The notes under the pieces: generated by a model
What the model was told of the DNA's origin: nothing
Database searches by the model: none
The model's input: the letters and a program-made list of their open reading frames with translations, nothing else
Program-made: the position numbers and the translations under genes
NCBI GenBank assembly: GCA_002633005.1
Contig: NMRA01000210.1
Span: forward strand, 248,001 to 312,000
DNA length: 64,000 nt
Source: Phoronis australis
Taxonomy: Eukaryota; Animalia; Phoronida
Reading direction: 5' to 3'
In this document: positions 38,101-49,859 of the stretch, piece by piece
Layout: each line of letters starts with the position of its first letter
Position numbering within the stretch: the first letter of the stretch is position 1

Positions 38101-41100
38101 AATTCGCGATACACCAACTCTTGCAATTCAAATTTTAGAACCCCTTGAATACCAAGTGGTGAATGACAATGTCATCATTGCTAAAGATGACCAAATCCGT
38201 TTGTCAGCAAACTATGTTACAGCTAGTTGTTCTTTTCTGTGGAGGGTGTACAATAATAACACTGAGGTGTCCGTTGATACAAGAACGTACAACAGTTCCG
38301 ACGTCTACGTCATCAAATCAGGGAGTCTAGAAGAGGGCTCGGAGTACTTGATATCTCTTACTCTCGCTAGCCACTTGGGAACATCGGAAGCAACGATACG
38401 TTTGGTAGTAGAGTACCCTCCACGAGGTGGCGTTCTTGACGTAAACCCATGTAAGTTAAGCGTGGCTGGAGAGACAGAGGTCAGCCTTAGAACTCGGGGT
38501 TGGAGAAACAGCAACAGTGATGCAACAACATGGGAGCTTCGCTATCTATTTGGTTATACCACTGGTGACAAAACAGTTCGACTAACCTCTCAGTTCACCA
38601 CTAATCAAGAGGTACGAGTTCGTTTATTGTGAAACAAAGTAGGTGCTCCTCATTTGTGGCTTCTGAAAAAAATTGTGTTTGTATATGAATTGTGAACACT
38701 ATCCCTTCTCAGTGTAAAATTTATTCAGCATCTTCCATGGGCACTTTTGAGTTTAATAAGGTTTCCGTATACAATACTTTTTATCTGTCATCTGCAGCGT
38801 AAAAATCGGTGAAAACGTCCCTGAACTTTGCATCTTGAATTTGAGTTTCAAAGTGTTGGTCATTAAGCCCTGTGCAATTCCTCGCCCCACCATAGGCAAT
38901 TGCCCCCCTCCCCCCAAGGCCAAACACGAATAAAATAAGGAAGCGCAGCAGCCAATTAGCCAAAAAATAAAGAAACGGTGTCCATGGGCAATGCTTTAAG
39001 AATTCGACGTTTCCGTGCATTTTGACGCAGGGTTGATCAACATGGGGCAAATCTGTATCATAATATCATATGCCCATCCTCCAATCGGCAAAGTCTAAAT
39101 GCGTCTATACTTAATACTGAGGTGAAACGAATTGCATTATTCTAAATATTTTTCCAGTTTTCCACTAGGCTTCCAAGTGGTACTCTGATGCTCTGGGTTA
39201 TTGTTCGGTCTCCCAGCGGCAGCACGGCTCGGGCAGAGCAAGAGTGTACAGTTTCACCGTCTTCCGGTGATTTGTTGAACTCGTTGACCACGAATATAGA
39301 TCAAGGTCTTGACAACCTGGATGAAGTAGACAGCAGCGTTGCGGCCGCTGCTATTGAAAGAGATAGACAACCACTAGAGGTAATTGCTGTAGTGTTGCAA
39401 TTTCAGGCACATTGTGAAAACACTAAGTGCATGTACACGTATGCACTGACCCAGCGGTGGCCGGTGTCTCCAAATCAATTGTTTGGTCACTTATCACACG
39501 CACAATTCCTTAGGTGACAAGTCACACACAGAATACTATTTACATGTACAAGGCCAGTTAGCTTTTTTTCCCACAGGTGACAACTTTGCAATAAAAAATA
39601 AGTTGAGATTTTGAATTACAGATTCATTTTGTGATGACCTAGGACTATAATAATATTACTACCAGATGATGAAATAAAACTGGTAAAGTAATGTTCATAT
39701 GGATTACTATACTGCGGTATATTTTTGTCAGTGTATTATGTACAAGTAAACAACATGTGGTGTTCATCTCCAATTTTACGTTTACCTAAGCTAGAACAAA
39801 AATATATAAGCACTCCTGTCTGAGGATTGACGTCTCTTCCTTGTCCAATATGAAGTGTTTTGAATAAAATAATTTTAGCCTCTGCCTAAAATTCTCCCAG
39901 TTGGCAGTTCGGGAGTGCGAATTTCTCACGGGCAAAATCCTGTCTAATGCTCTGCCCTGGCTTCTCTAACTAAGAATCCTGAATCAGCCCCTGGACGCCA
40001 GACACTGACTTTGGAAGTCTTCTTCAGGGTTACTGTAATGGTGTCCCCATCTTTGTCTATTGACAAACCTACCTGTCAATGTCACAGATTCTGTCCTGGC
40101 AAACAACGTATCTATTCATCTGCGCCCACAACAAAAAACAAATATTACGCAGCCTTCTGGGACTTAGTCAGCAATGATCGTGCGAAAACATTCAGCCACC
40201 ATTATGTTGGTCTTAATTGCAACATTTTTCAGACACAAAATAAAGTTAACAAGTTGCTTGTCGAAGCAAAATCGGGTTCAATCCAGGCAAGGGCCGACGT
40301 GCCGCCATCCTCGCAATCGCTAGCGAAAGATGTTTCCGATATGAGCGTGATTCTGGATACTCAAAGTTCGTTTGACAATGATACAGTGGAAAAAGCTGCC
40401 GACGTTCTCAAAACCTTGTCACAGAATATGAAAGAAGACGTGCTAATCAACGAAGGTAACAATGACGTAAACGTAGTCTCCAAAGGAGATTGGTCAAGTC
40501 AGACATTTTCCGGTATTCTGGAAATTCAAAACCCTCTCACAGTAGAATGCGGATAGCATTTTTTCATTATGAATACATATGGTGATATGCACCAAGTTCC
40601 AGGCTAACGAAACGTAACAAGCGATCAATTTGCTTTCATGTTGCTAAAACTGTAAGTTCAAGACACATTTGAAAATTTAGACTGTGGCTGTAGCACTCTC
40701 GTTATTTTATCCTCACACGACCGATCTACTCGAGCAATGCCAAAATTTTTACGAACTATATTTTTATGTAATCGCCCCACTTGAGTTTACCATACGTTTA
40801 ACACTTCTGTGATACGTGGTTCTGTTGAAGTCACTGTGTACATAGCATTAATTTGTCTAAAAGAAGAAAGTAATGGCCCGTTTTACCTCACAGGAATGGA
40901 GGAAACTGAATTTTCAAGGAAACATCTGATCACATAGGCGGATTTAGGGGGGCCCAGAGGGCCCGCCTCCCCCCCTCCCCCTCCCTTGGCTGCAGCTAAA
41001 AAATAAAACAGCAAGAGCGTAGGGAAATGTTGAGTTTATTAATTAACCCCGGTAATTAAAATTATACGGCTGAAGCAAAATTTAAATGTGTGCAGTTTTA

Positions 41101-44100
41101 GTGTTTGGGAAGGGGCTCAGATCCAATTTCAAGTGTCAAATTCGGGACACGGCGCAATCGTAACGGAACTATGGCTAAGTATAGGCTCTCCCGCGATATC
41201 CCAGGCGACCGGCAGTGGCGCTGGGCACTACAACTCCGTTTCCGTCGTCTGCTCCACTGTGCAATGAAGAAAATTACTTCATTTTTTAAAGAAAATGGAA
41301 TCTGATTGATGATGAAAAAAACAGAAGATGCAGGTAAGATGTGAATTTTAATCGAAGCCTTAGTGAATCACTCAGAAACTCATAATTCTCTCTTTGTCAA
41401 ACCTTAACTTAAGACGGTTTCCAAAGCAATCGCGTCATTATTGCCAAGACAAAAAACGGATTTGGTCTTTTGGGCAATTGAAGACTATTTTAAATACAAC
41501 AAATTTGTTACAAACTGATGGCACAAAATATAAAACATGTAATAAGCATTACAAAAAGAAGGCGGTTTCGCGCGCAAACGCTGTGGACCATAAACAAGTA
41601 GGTCTCTTAGTATCAATTTAGGAGTTAAATCGTGGTGGTGCGGTGGTAAAGCACGCTCTCTCCACCCGTCGGGTCGTGAATTCTAGTCTTTGGTGCCTGC
41701 AATTTTTCCTGTTTGACACTTTCTCCGTTTTTTCTTGCCTTCTTTTCTTGGATAATACTTCGGGAATCAAGAAAAATGCTTGATTTTCAGAGGAAAAAAC
41801 AGAAAAAATTCCTGGGCGGGAAACCCCCCTCCCGACCTCCCCCCATTCGGTGCTATGCGCATCTACAATCGTGCTTTGAGCAAATGTTTACAGTCAAAAT
41901 GTTGGGCCCCCCTCCCCTTATGATATCCTAGATCCGCCTCTGCTGATCAACTACTGATTGCGAAACCTGCAGTTAGGTTATATTGTTGTTCCAAGTGGTA
42001 TCTTGAGCAGACACCTTCATCACTGATTTCAAGTCCGAATTAGGAATCACTTCGGTCCAATGTCACCGACGTTTTTTTTTTTTCAGTCTCTGGTCGTCAT
42101 TTGGAGTGTCGCCTAATGCCTCGATTTGGCCATAATAACGACTTTGTCTCGTTTCCGCTACATCAAGTCTTTGAATGTTCCAAAGCTGGTTTCACATCTT
42201 TGTTGTCTTTGCTCTGTTTATGCGTCCAGGTATACGTACGTGGGTGCAAATTGTCGTAGAGAATCTTCACGAAAATTGGCAGATGTGTGCTTATGGACGA
42301 CTTTTGGACGGATCTGACGACTGCAGTGTCACCTTGTGGAAATTTAAGTACTGTATGTTTGCCTCGACTTTTGCAATCTCCCGAAAGATTTTCATGGAAA
42401 TTGACGAATAAGTTTGTATATGAAGGGGGTCGACGACGCCTTCCCATTTCAGACGTTTTCAACGTGTTATGTATCACCTAGAGGCCATTTTGTAATTTAC
42501 GAGTTTATTTATGTTTCTACCAAACCGCTAGAAGGATCATTACGAAAACTGTTCCTGATGAGAAGACCACGGCTGAAGTTAACTTTCGGACGGCTCCGAT
42601 TTGGGTGCCGTCGCTTTTGTGGCATTTTTTTGCGTCCGTGGCTATATCTCGGTGCAGGATCTTTGTGAAATTTGGCAAGACTGGTGTTCTTTCTATGATT
42701 GTGATAGCGGATGAAGACGACTTTCGGACGTTATGTGCACCACTGCAGCATTTCTTAAGTTTTCCTCTGAATCTCTATATCTTCAGAGTTTCATGAAATT
42801 TAACAAATAGGTTTCTGTTAGAGAAAAGACGACGGCTTCTCATTCTTGGACGATTTTCCTTATTCTGTGCTACCTAGCTGTCACTTTTATGATACTAATA
42901 ACCCTTAGAAGCATAGCATTTGTGGTGCAGTTTGAGCACGTTTCTACTCTTTGTGTTGTCATTGTGGGAGGAACTGTTGGATCTACAGCACTCATTGCTG
43001 GCAACGCTGTGCAATAATTAGCAGACAATGGCATACTATCGGGATTACCGACAGCCGACAACAACTTACTTTTCTTGGACAAGGAAATGTCGTAAAAGTT
43101 TTAAACTTCAACAATGTTGGTATAACTCCACTTTGTTGTCCAACCCCACCTATCACGTCACGTCTCAAGGTGAGAAGACATATTGCGAAGCACATTCTTT
43201 GAATAGAACGGCTGCAAGTAGCGTCTATTCACTATATTTCCAAGTTTGTGGAAAACCCCAATTAGCGGGCTGTATGTACTCTTTGCGATAGAATAAAACG
43301 TTTTGCCTATCTGAATAACTTCCATTGCAGATATTGCCACGCACGCCATTAACAGCATCGCGACTCTATCTAGGAACAGGGTAAATTCGTCAAAAATACA
43401 GTCTTCAATGAAAAATGTGGAGCACAGCTTGTCGAAACTCGCCGTGACAGACGGGAGGCCTGTCTCAGTAGCTGCAGGTGGAGTAAACGTAAGAGACAAT
43501 AAACGACCTTTTCAAATGCGAGAGGAAAAACATCTTCAATTTTTACCAGTTCACACAAAAAAACGGTTCCTGGATTATTAGAAATCGTTTGGAGATATCT
43601 TCAATGTTTCTGCTGCTGAAGTTAGTCGACAGTATTTTTATGTTGGAAACATGTGGAGAATTTCTCGCTTACACTGGTCACCGCTCAGATTCCCTTAGCC
43701 CTAGACAACTTTTGCGACCATGCCTTTTCAGCAGGCCCTTTGTATTCGTTGATGTAGATCTAAGCTAATGAAGTGGAAAGGTAGTAGCTAGCATCACTGT
43801 CTCAACAGTGGTTGTTGTTAGTACCCCCAATTTGGTTTTCTCTGACATTTGCAGAGTTACAGCCTGCAACTCTGGAGAGTAGTTTCAACTTGGTACATTA
43901 TAAAGATTATAAAATGACTAAAAAGGTTAACTTGTGTTTATCTTCACAAAGGGCCACTTCCCAAAGGAACGATATAATATGTTTCATATTGGTTTCCGTT
44001 ATTTAATTTTTAATACCCACTTGTTTGAAAATATGGTGATAACCAAACTGAAGATTTGGAATCTCTGGACAATTTCGGTGGCTCTGACTTTTTAACTATT

Positions 44101-47100
44101 CTAGCTGTTTGTTAGTAAAAAAAATGAAAAGTGGGCACAAGTTAAGTGCAACTGTTTCCTGTTCAAAAATCTGGTTAAACGAGATTGAAAGAATATTAAA
44201 AATGAATCCATGTGATATTATTAACACTGATCAGCGTTTGTATATCCACAGAGTATATCAATACGCGCAGTGGTTTATCTTCAATCGTACCCAATGGTAG
44301 TTTTTAGTTATTAGTTCATCGATTTTTAAAAATCGAAAACCGTACTGGTTGCTTTTTTTCCAGATGAATACCGCCGCGGTGTTGTTTTTAACGAAAGTTA
44401 GTGGTTAATGCATTTTGAAAATTGGCCATTATGTACAGTCAGATATGTTTAATACAGTTAATGGTCAGGTAATTACACCTAGTTGGGTCTTGCTCGCATC
44501 GGGCAATGCGGTCATCACAACTGTACCTGACCCTTTGATCCTGGTAAAAGCCGCTCAGAAGGACGAGCGGTGAAAATTCCCGCATATCTTTAGAAATGCG
44601 TGACTTCCTTGTAAGTGTATTATTCACGGTATGAACGTTAACCTTTCTGTTTCCAGACCATTGTTCACCGCATCACCAACACTACTAACGTGACCATATC
44701 TGACGAGACAGGACAGACCCTGATAAAAGTGTCAGAGGTTTTGGATACCAACTCCATCAGTGACGTCAGCGTCACGTACACAAGGTGGCCTCCTGGGAAA
44801 TTCGACGGCATCTGTATTGGCGATGAGTGTATTAACGTGACGTCAGAGCTCATATCTGTCAGAATGCTAGACATGAAAGATGGTGAAGAGCTCAACATCA
44901 CTAACAGCACAAGGACTTTCACTATTCAGGTGCGACTTAAATTTAAAGGGACACTTAAATTTAAAGTACAATTTAAGACTTAGTCTTCTCCCAAGTTCAT
45001 CCAAAACCGCGTCAAACCCCATACTCATTCTTCACCAGTCAGTTAATGTGATTGTATTACTCGACGTTGGTGTCGTTTCCTTCAGTCGTTGATTATGTGG
45101 CCCAACTTTTAAGGGCTAACATTTTGCATCAAACATTTAAGTTGTATAGTCGTACATGTAGCTCATACCTGTTAATGTACTACATGTATATAGGGTTCGA
45201 TATCCTTCCATTCGGAATTATCATGATTTGGGCAACGAACCAAATACTTTGGTTAGATTTTATTCTGTTTTGGTCGCTTTACTGTCAGTTACTTCATGTT
45301 CGTTCACTAAATCTTGGTCGCTTTCGATGCAAGTTTGACGAGATTACTCAAGTCTTCGCGAGTAGTAACTGCGCTTTACAACCGATGCACCCAGTGACTT
45401 GCGTGCACTGGCAAAACAGTCGTCCCTGAAAATGTTAGTCGGGGGGCTGATATGTTAAATTATGGAGTAAATTCACGTTTTCGTTCCATAAGCGAAGATT
45501 TCCCACTCCGCGTCTCGCTAGTGCCTTGCATCTATAAAACGTGCCACATCACTCCGCCTTTCAGTTTGGGAATAAAAGACTTCTTTGACGGAACGTGCCT
45601 CTGCTCCGCCCCCTCAGTTATCACGTGCATGTTGCTTACGTCACGTCTATAGGTGAAGGTTGCTTGGTCGTGTTTTTTTTAATATCCAATGATTTTCTTA
45701 GGTGCCATTCTCACCAAATGCAGACGTGAACAGCATGAACTGCGTATCGACACAAGATGGGAGGACCCTGTCACCTGCCGGCTGTACATTGACTAAGGTG
45801 GACCAAGTGCGATTCTTGGCAGAATGCCAATGCAACCATCTAACCTATTTTGGTGTGACATCGATTATACCAGAGAAAGATGTGCTTACAACACCGGAGA
45901 CAGTAAATGGTAACATTTCGCCTATACAGAGCGATTTATCAATTTTAGGGTTAATGGTCTGATAAGTTAGGTTTACGAGGTTTTCTCTATTCAAGTTTCG
46001 AAAGAGATTGTTGCATGCAAGGGTTCTGAGAAGGATATCTATATTACATGTGAAACTAAAATTGGAGAGTTTGGGGTTCATGGAGTTGTCGTACAAACAG
46101 TTTCAATCACAGTGACTATTAGCTTAATGACGAATTAACAAGGAACAGGGTGAGGGTTGGTTGAAATCACAAAAACGAGGTCTTGTATCTAGATGTTACC
46201 GGTGCGAGCGTAAATTGTCCGGTGTTGCCTCAGTACACAGCTGTAAATGGAGCAGGGGTGCCCTAATCTGGACACTTTTGGAGATTTTTGTGAATATAAT
46301 TATAAAAAAATGTGTAATTATTATGTGACGACCCTTAATTAACACAAGCGAGATCTGTCGTTAATTCAGCATAACATAACTACGCGAGCTCCCTCTTGTG
46401 GGATACCTTAAAGAGGCATGGAATGCGAAAGCTCGTCAAAAATATCTTTTATTAAACTATTCCTGAGGAAATTACTATCTCGAAACGTCTAGTACAGATT
46501 AGTTCACTTTCGGCTGTGAGGAAATTTCCAGAAAAAATTCACGATTTTTAAATACGCGCGAAAGAAAACTCTCTGGTTACCACACAGTTTCCAATCTCTC
46601 TCCCACTTATGATACATGCCTCACAGTCAGTTGCTTGAAGTCGCTTGAGGTCAAAGGTTACATTTTCCATATCAAGGAAATGTGCTTCGTCTATGTCTTG
46701 CCATACCAACGTGCTTGTGGGAGAAAGTGGCGAGCAGTTGAGAAATCGTTTTTTCTTAATTGGAAACTTACAGAAAGTGATTTGATATCAACAGAAATTA
46801 AAAATCTTTAGGAACAAACCCTAGAAAGACCTGGTGAGTAGGTTGAATTCTGTTTCTTTCAATAATAACTAATAACAATCAAACCTCTTTATCTGCTGTC
46901 CCACGTACGCGCTGAGTCAACGCTCTCTGAATGACGATCTTGGTGACCGCCTCTGGAACTATAAACGCACACATTGTGACTGCAGTTATGGCTCGCTGTA
47001 CTGTAACAATGTACCTGCTGGTCACAGTCCTTCCAGACGCAATACGAGTCGGAAGTATCTGGCTACCTACAACACACCTCGATGGTCACGGCCTTCGTGA

Positions 47101-49859
47101 CATCAGCACTGTCTTCAGTAGCCCACAACCCACAATACATAAGACCAAACTCATTTAAGTTGACCTTTCCCATTACAAGATGAGGTGCTAGCCTACTACC
47201 ATCACTCCCGCATTCCATATGGCAAAATCTTAGTCACCCACCTAAACTGTAGTTCTCTAACAAAAGTGCCATGATTTTCGCATCGTCATTTTGCCACTAA
47301 AATGGCATTGGGCCGTTCACCGTTGTCATGGTCTGGGTAACGAGGTAGTATCAGACTGTTCAGTATAAACAACTTTTTCAGTAAGGAAGTTGCTATTGGT
47401 TTGACCCTACAATTAAAAGTAACTGTTAAAAATTAAACTTGCCATTGCCACAACATTTGTTCCGTCAAACGTGTCTTATTTGTTACACACACTTGAACAC
47501 TGAATGTGGACCATCTGGAGTTATCTCAAAAAATTTGAAAGAACCGAAAATGTGTTGCCTTTTGTATCACTAAGAAAAAAGTAAATCTTAGTTTAGCACT
47601 GCGCGTAAAATCGTATACAGATGCTTCGGAATTACCGCAAAACCCTGAAGACTGTTCCTCAGAATCTGAACCAGGGACAGCGTTCACTTTTCTTGCAAGA
47701 AAAGCGAGATGACACACAAAATCATGCGAGTTAAAGGAGCGTTTCGCAAATATGATCGCGACCTTACTGGTATAATCATGCAAACTGGTGGCCAATGAAA
47801 TGATTAGTCAATTGGAATGTTGAATTATGGAACTGAATTATGGGAAAGAATTCATTGTTTCCGTTTATTATGCGAAAGTCATGTTGTCGCGGTCGTGATG
47901 ATTTTATTAATCTTATTTATATTCTTCATCCTTATTACTTTGGAAATTGGCGTTTTATGATTTAGTTTCAGAAGAAGATAAAAAGAAAGCAAGCGTCACA
48001 ATCGTTATTAAAGGCACAAAGGAAACGGTAAGAGTGCTATGAAATCTTTGATCCGCTAAAGAACTTGCACGCGAGAAAACCAAACTATAGCTGTTGTAAT
48101 TCATTAAGTCGCTACCGTTATTTCTGCTTACAGGATCCCTAAATATTGACCCGTGATCCTGCTTTCTGCGACAAAATTGAAACTTTCAAGTGACCCTTGT
48201 TAATGATTCACGTGAGCACGTTTCACAAAAAATAGCGTATTTTTGCTGCGAAAATTTCCCCAAGTCACGGCCAAAATGTCATAGTTATAATCCGGACTAT
48301 GTAGCAGATAGAGCATTGCAAGATTTGTGCCATCTTGCGACATTTGTTCCCTCCCATCAAGTGTTGTCTGTGACTACCGGTCGTTCATTATGAAATCGGG
48401 CGTGCGTTCAGTAGACGCTAGGACCTACGCTAGGGCCTAGCTAAAACCTAGTCAAAGTCACGTGTTCTTATTTAAAATGCACGGCAATATCTCACGTAAT
48501 CTCGCGAAGTCTTGCTTTTTAGCGAGGTCCTAGCGTTACTAAACGGGAGGCGGGATTTCCCCAGAACTGTTGACGGTGCGTGAATTATTTTCTTAGTTCA
48601 GCTTACGCATTTCTGTGAGCTTTGAGTCGGGAGTTACTGGGTGTGAATTGTCTAAAACTGATATTGAACCGATGGATATAGACATGAGGCCGAGAATTAC
48701 TTGATAGTTTATTTATTTTGGCGTTTTTACTGAGTAGATCATTTGGGCAGTTTTTATGATATGTCAGTGACATCTACCGCGATATTTCTTAGTCGTTTTC
48801 AGCAATTTTAAGTATTTTACTTTTGAAATAATAAATCTTAAATTTATTTTTAGTTTGACAGCACCTTGTTCCAAAAAACCGTCGCCAAAGCCTTGAATGA
48901 CCACTGCACCCGTAAGTCATGTGTCGGATCTTCAAACAGGTAGCTACCTACACTACTTCGTCCTTTCAGTCTTAAATAAACTATTTTCTTTTTGCTATTT
49001 TAACGCTCATGTCCTGCTATTCTACAGAATACTAGTACTTATAATCGAAAGATGTAAACAATAAATTGCATGGCCTTGCTTTCCAGGAGAGAGGTGTGGA
49101 ATGCTGTTACTGCAGACGATGTAAAGATTCTGAGTGTAACTCAAAAAGGTGACTCGCTTGGGGTAGTTTTCTACGTAAAAACTGGTCAAGCGACATTAAT
49201 GAAGTCTGACAACCTTAATGAGGCTATGGCAGATCCAGATGTCCAGAAGACACTAAGTGCAGAAGGCTTTAGTGTGACGTCAGTGCAGCAGCATTCGCCA
49301 GAACCAACAGACAACTCGACCTTGATCATAGGGGCCGCTGCAGGCGGTGCTGCTGTGTTGGTAATCGCAATTGCATTCACTGTGGCAGCGATGTATAAAA
49401 CGTAAGTATCTTTACTTAAAGGTGTAAAAACACACGGCGAATTCCCGCGGACTAGTGTCTAAATTTTGCGGTCACGAAAATTAAACTCCTATTTGTTTGA
49501 ATTATGGGTGCTGATTGTTTTTCTGCTGCTTGTGTTGGGTTCCTTCTCAAATCTCACTTGGAACAGACATAGGCCTAGAATTCGCGCTCGCTGCCGGTGC
49601 TCCATATGATTTGACCCGCGCGGGACCTTTAACGCTTTCACGTGACAAAAATAGCAGCCAGGTAATAGCATCCTGCTCTGTACCTTCCATGATGTTGTTT
49701 CTTCAAGGAGTCTTGACTAATTTCTACATCATCTCATTGGTATTTGTTTTTCCCTTTCCCAATGTCATATACAAGCGTCCTTTATTTATTTTCAGTCGGA
49801 AATGCCGCTGTAGAAAAAATTCAACAGTTTCTACTTTGGAGCTGAGGGAAACGAGCTAA
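29183..49859 (+). CDS. Single-pass REJ/GPS (polycystin-1/suREJ-related) receptor with three beta-helix repeats, EGF and PSI-like domains; 14 exons, about 2232 aa
   Basis: join(29183-29542,30613-32885,33597-33742,36087-36275,36492-38611,39158-39379,40233-40455,43331-43488,44657-44929,45702-45909,47966-48027,48854-48939,49087-49401,49796-49859); all GT-AG and phase-consistent, 6699 nt ending in TAA. Signal peptide, LDGSNTYDP and PPRGGVLDVNP REJ motifs, GPS CQCNHL/TYFG, TM LIIGAAAGGAAVLVIAIAFTVAAMY. Confidence 0.85.
30613..32885 (+). CDS. Exon 2: right-handed parallel beta-helix (PbH1-like) repeats
   Basis: Long ORF with Asn/Cys ladders (F.NN, C.F.NN), repeated TLTI.AGV.V.F..L.V.G.L.V.G, CC.TG, GY.G, .DK, ER.S and NY(F/W)GS motifs. 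Confidence 0.88.
35400..35665. repeat. Intronic dispersed repeat with internal subrepeats, related to 46920-47140
   Basis: Shared TGTAC(T/C)TGCTGGTCACA and CTGGTCAC..TCC.TCGTGACGCA..CGAGT.GG.AGTATC blocks. Confidence 0.55.
36492..38611 (+). CDS. Exon 5: EGF-like, PSI-like and REJ region
   Basis: NGLCTVDGSCKCLIGWTGTDC (EGF); CEQIADCATCLTKHTCVWC (PSI-like); CGDLFLDGSNTYDP, YQFRLHVSNLFG, FTWKC, EYPPRGGVLDVNP, GW..LRYLFGY (REJ). Confidence 0.88.
40933..41942 (+). mobile_element. Non-autonomous TIR DNA element (hAT/P-like), about 1 kb
   Basis: CATAGGCGGATTTAG ... CTAGATCCGCCTCTG TIR; 7-bp TSD CTGATCA (40926-32 and 41943-49); G/C-run subterminal regions. Confidence 0.8.
42240..42860. repeat. Degenerate tandem duplication, about 400-bp period
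   Basis: ATCTT..GAAA.TTGGCA..GACGACTTT.GGACG and TTTCATG.AA.T.AC.AATA.GTTT..GACGACG.CTTC.CATT blocks each occur twice. Confidence 0.5.
45702..45909 (+). CDS. Exon 10: GPS autoproteolysis motif
   Basis: C...LSPAGC...ECQCNHLTYFGV matches the GPS consensus CxCxHL|T/SxF. Confidence 0.88.
46412..46855. mobile_element. Diverged, truncated copy of the Kolobok-like MITE family of 2547-3280
   Basis: TTAA|AGAGGCATGGAATGCGAAAG start; collinear blocks GAAATTTCCA..TTCACGATT, TGCTTGAAGTCGC, GAAATGTGCT, AAAATCTTTA, GAATTCTGTTT. Confidence 0.75.
48405..48545. mobile_element. Small palindromic MITE
   Basis: CGTTCAGTAGACGCTAGGACCT ... AGGTCCTAGCGTTACTAAACG inverted termini. Confidence 0.55.
49087..49401 (+). 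CDS. Exon 13: SEA-like stalk end and single transmembrane helix
   Basis: VKILSVTQKGDSLGVVFYV, then hydrophobic LIIGAAAGGAAVLVIAIAFTVAAMY, followed by basic KTRKCRCRK continuing into the last exon. Confidence 0.85.

Noticed and set aside
48930-49095. Furin site in the receptor stalk (SNRRE)
   Set aside because: Does not fit R-X-X-R
49845-49859. C-terminal PDZ-binding motif
   Set aside because: The tail ends RETS without a hydrophobic terminal residue
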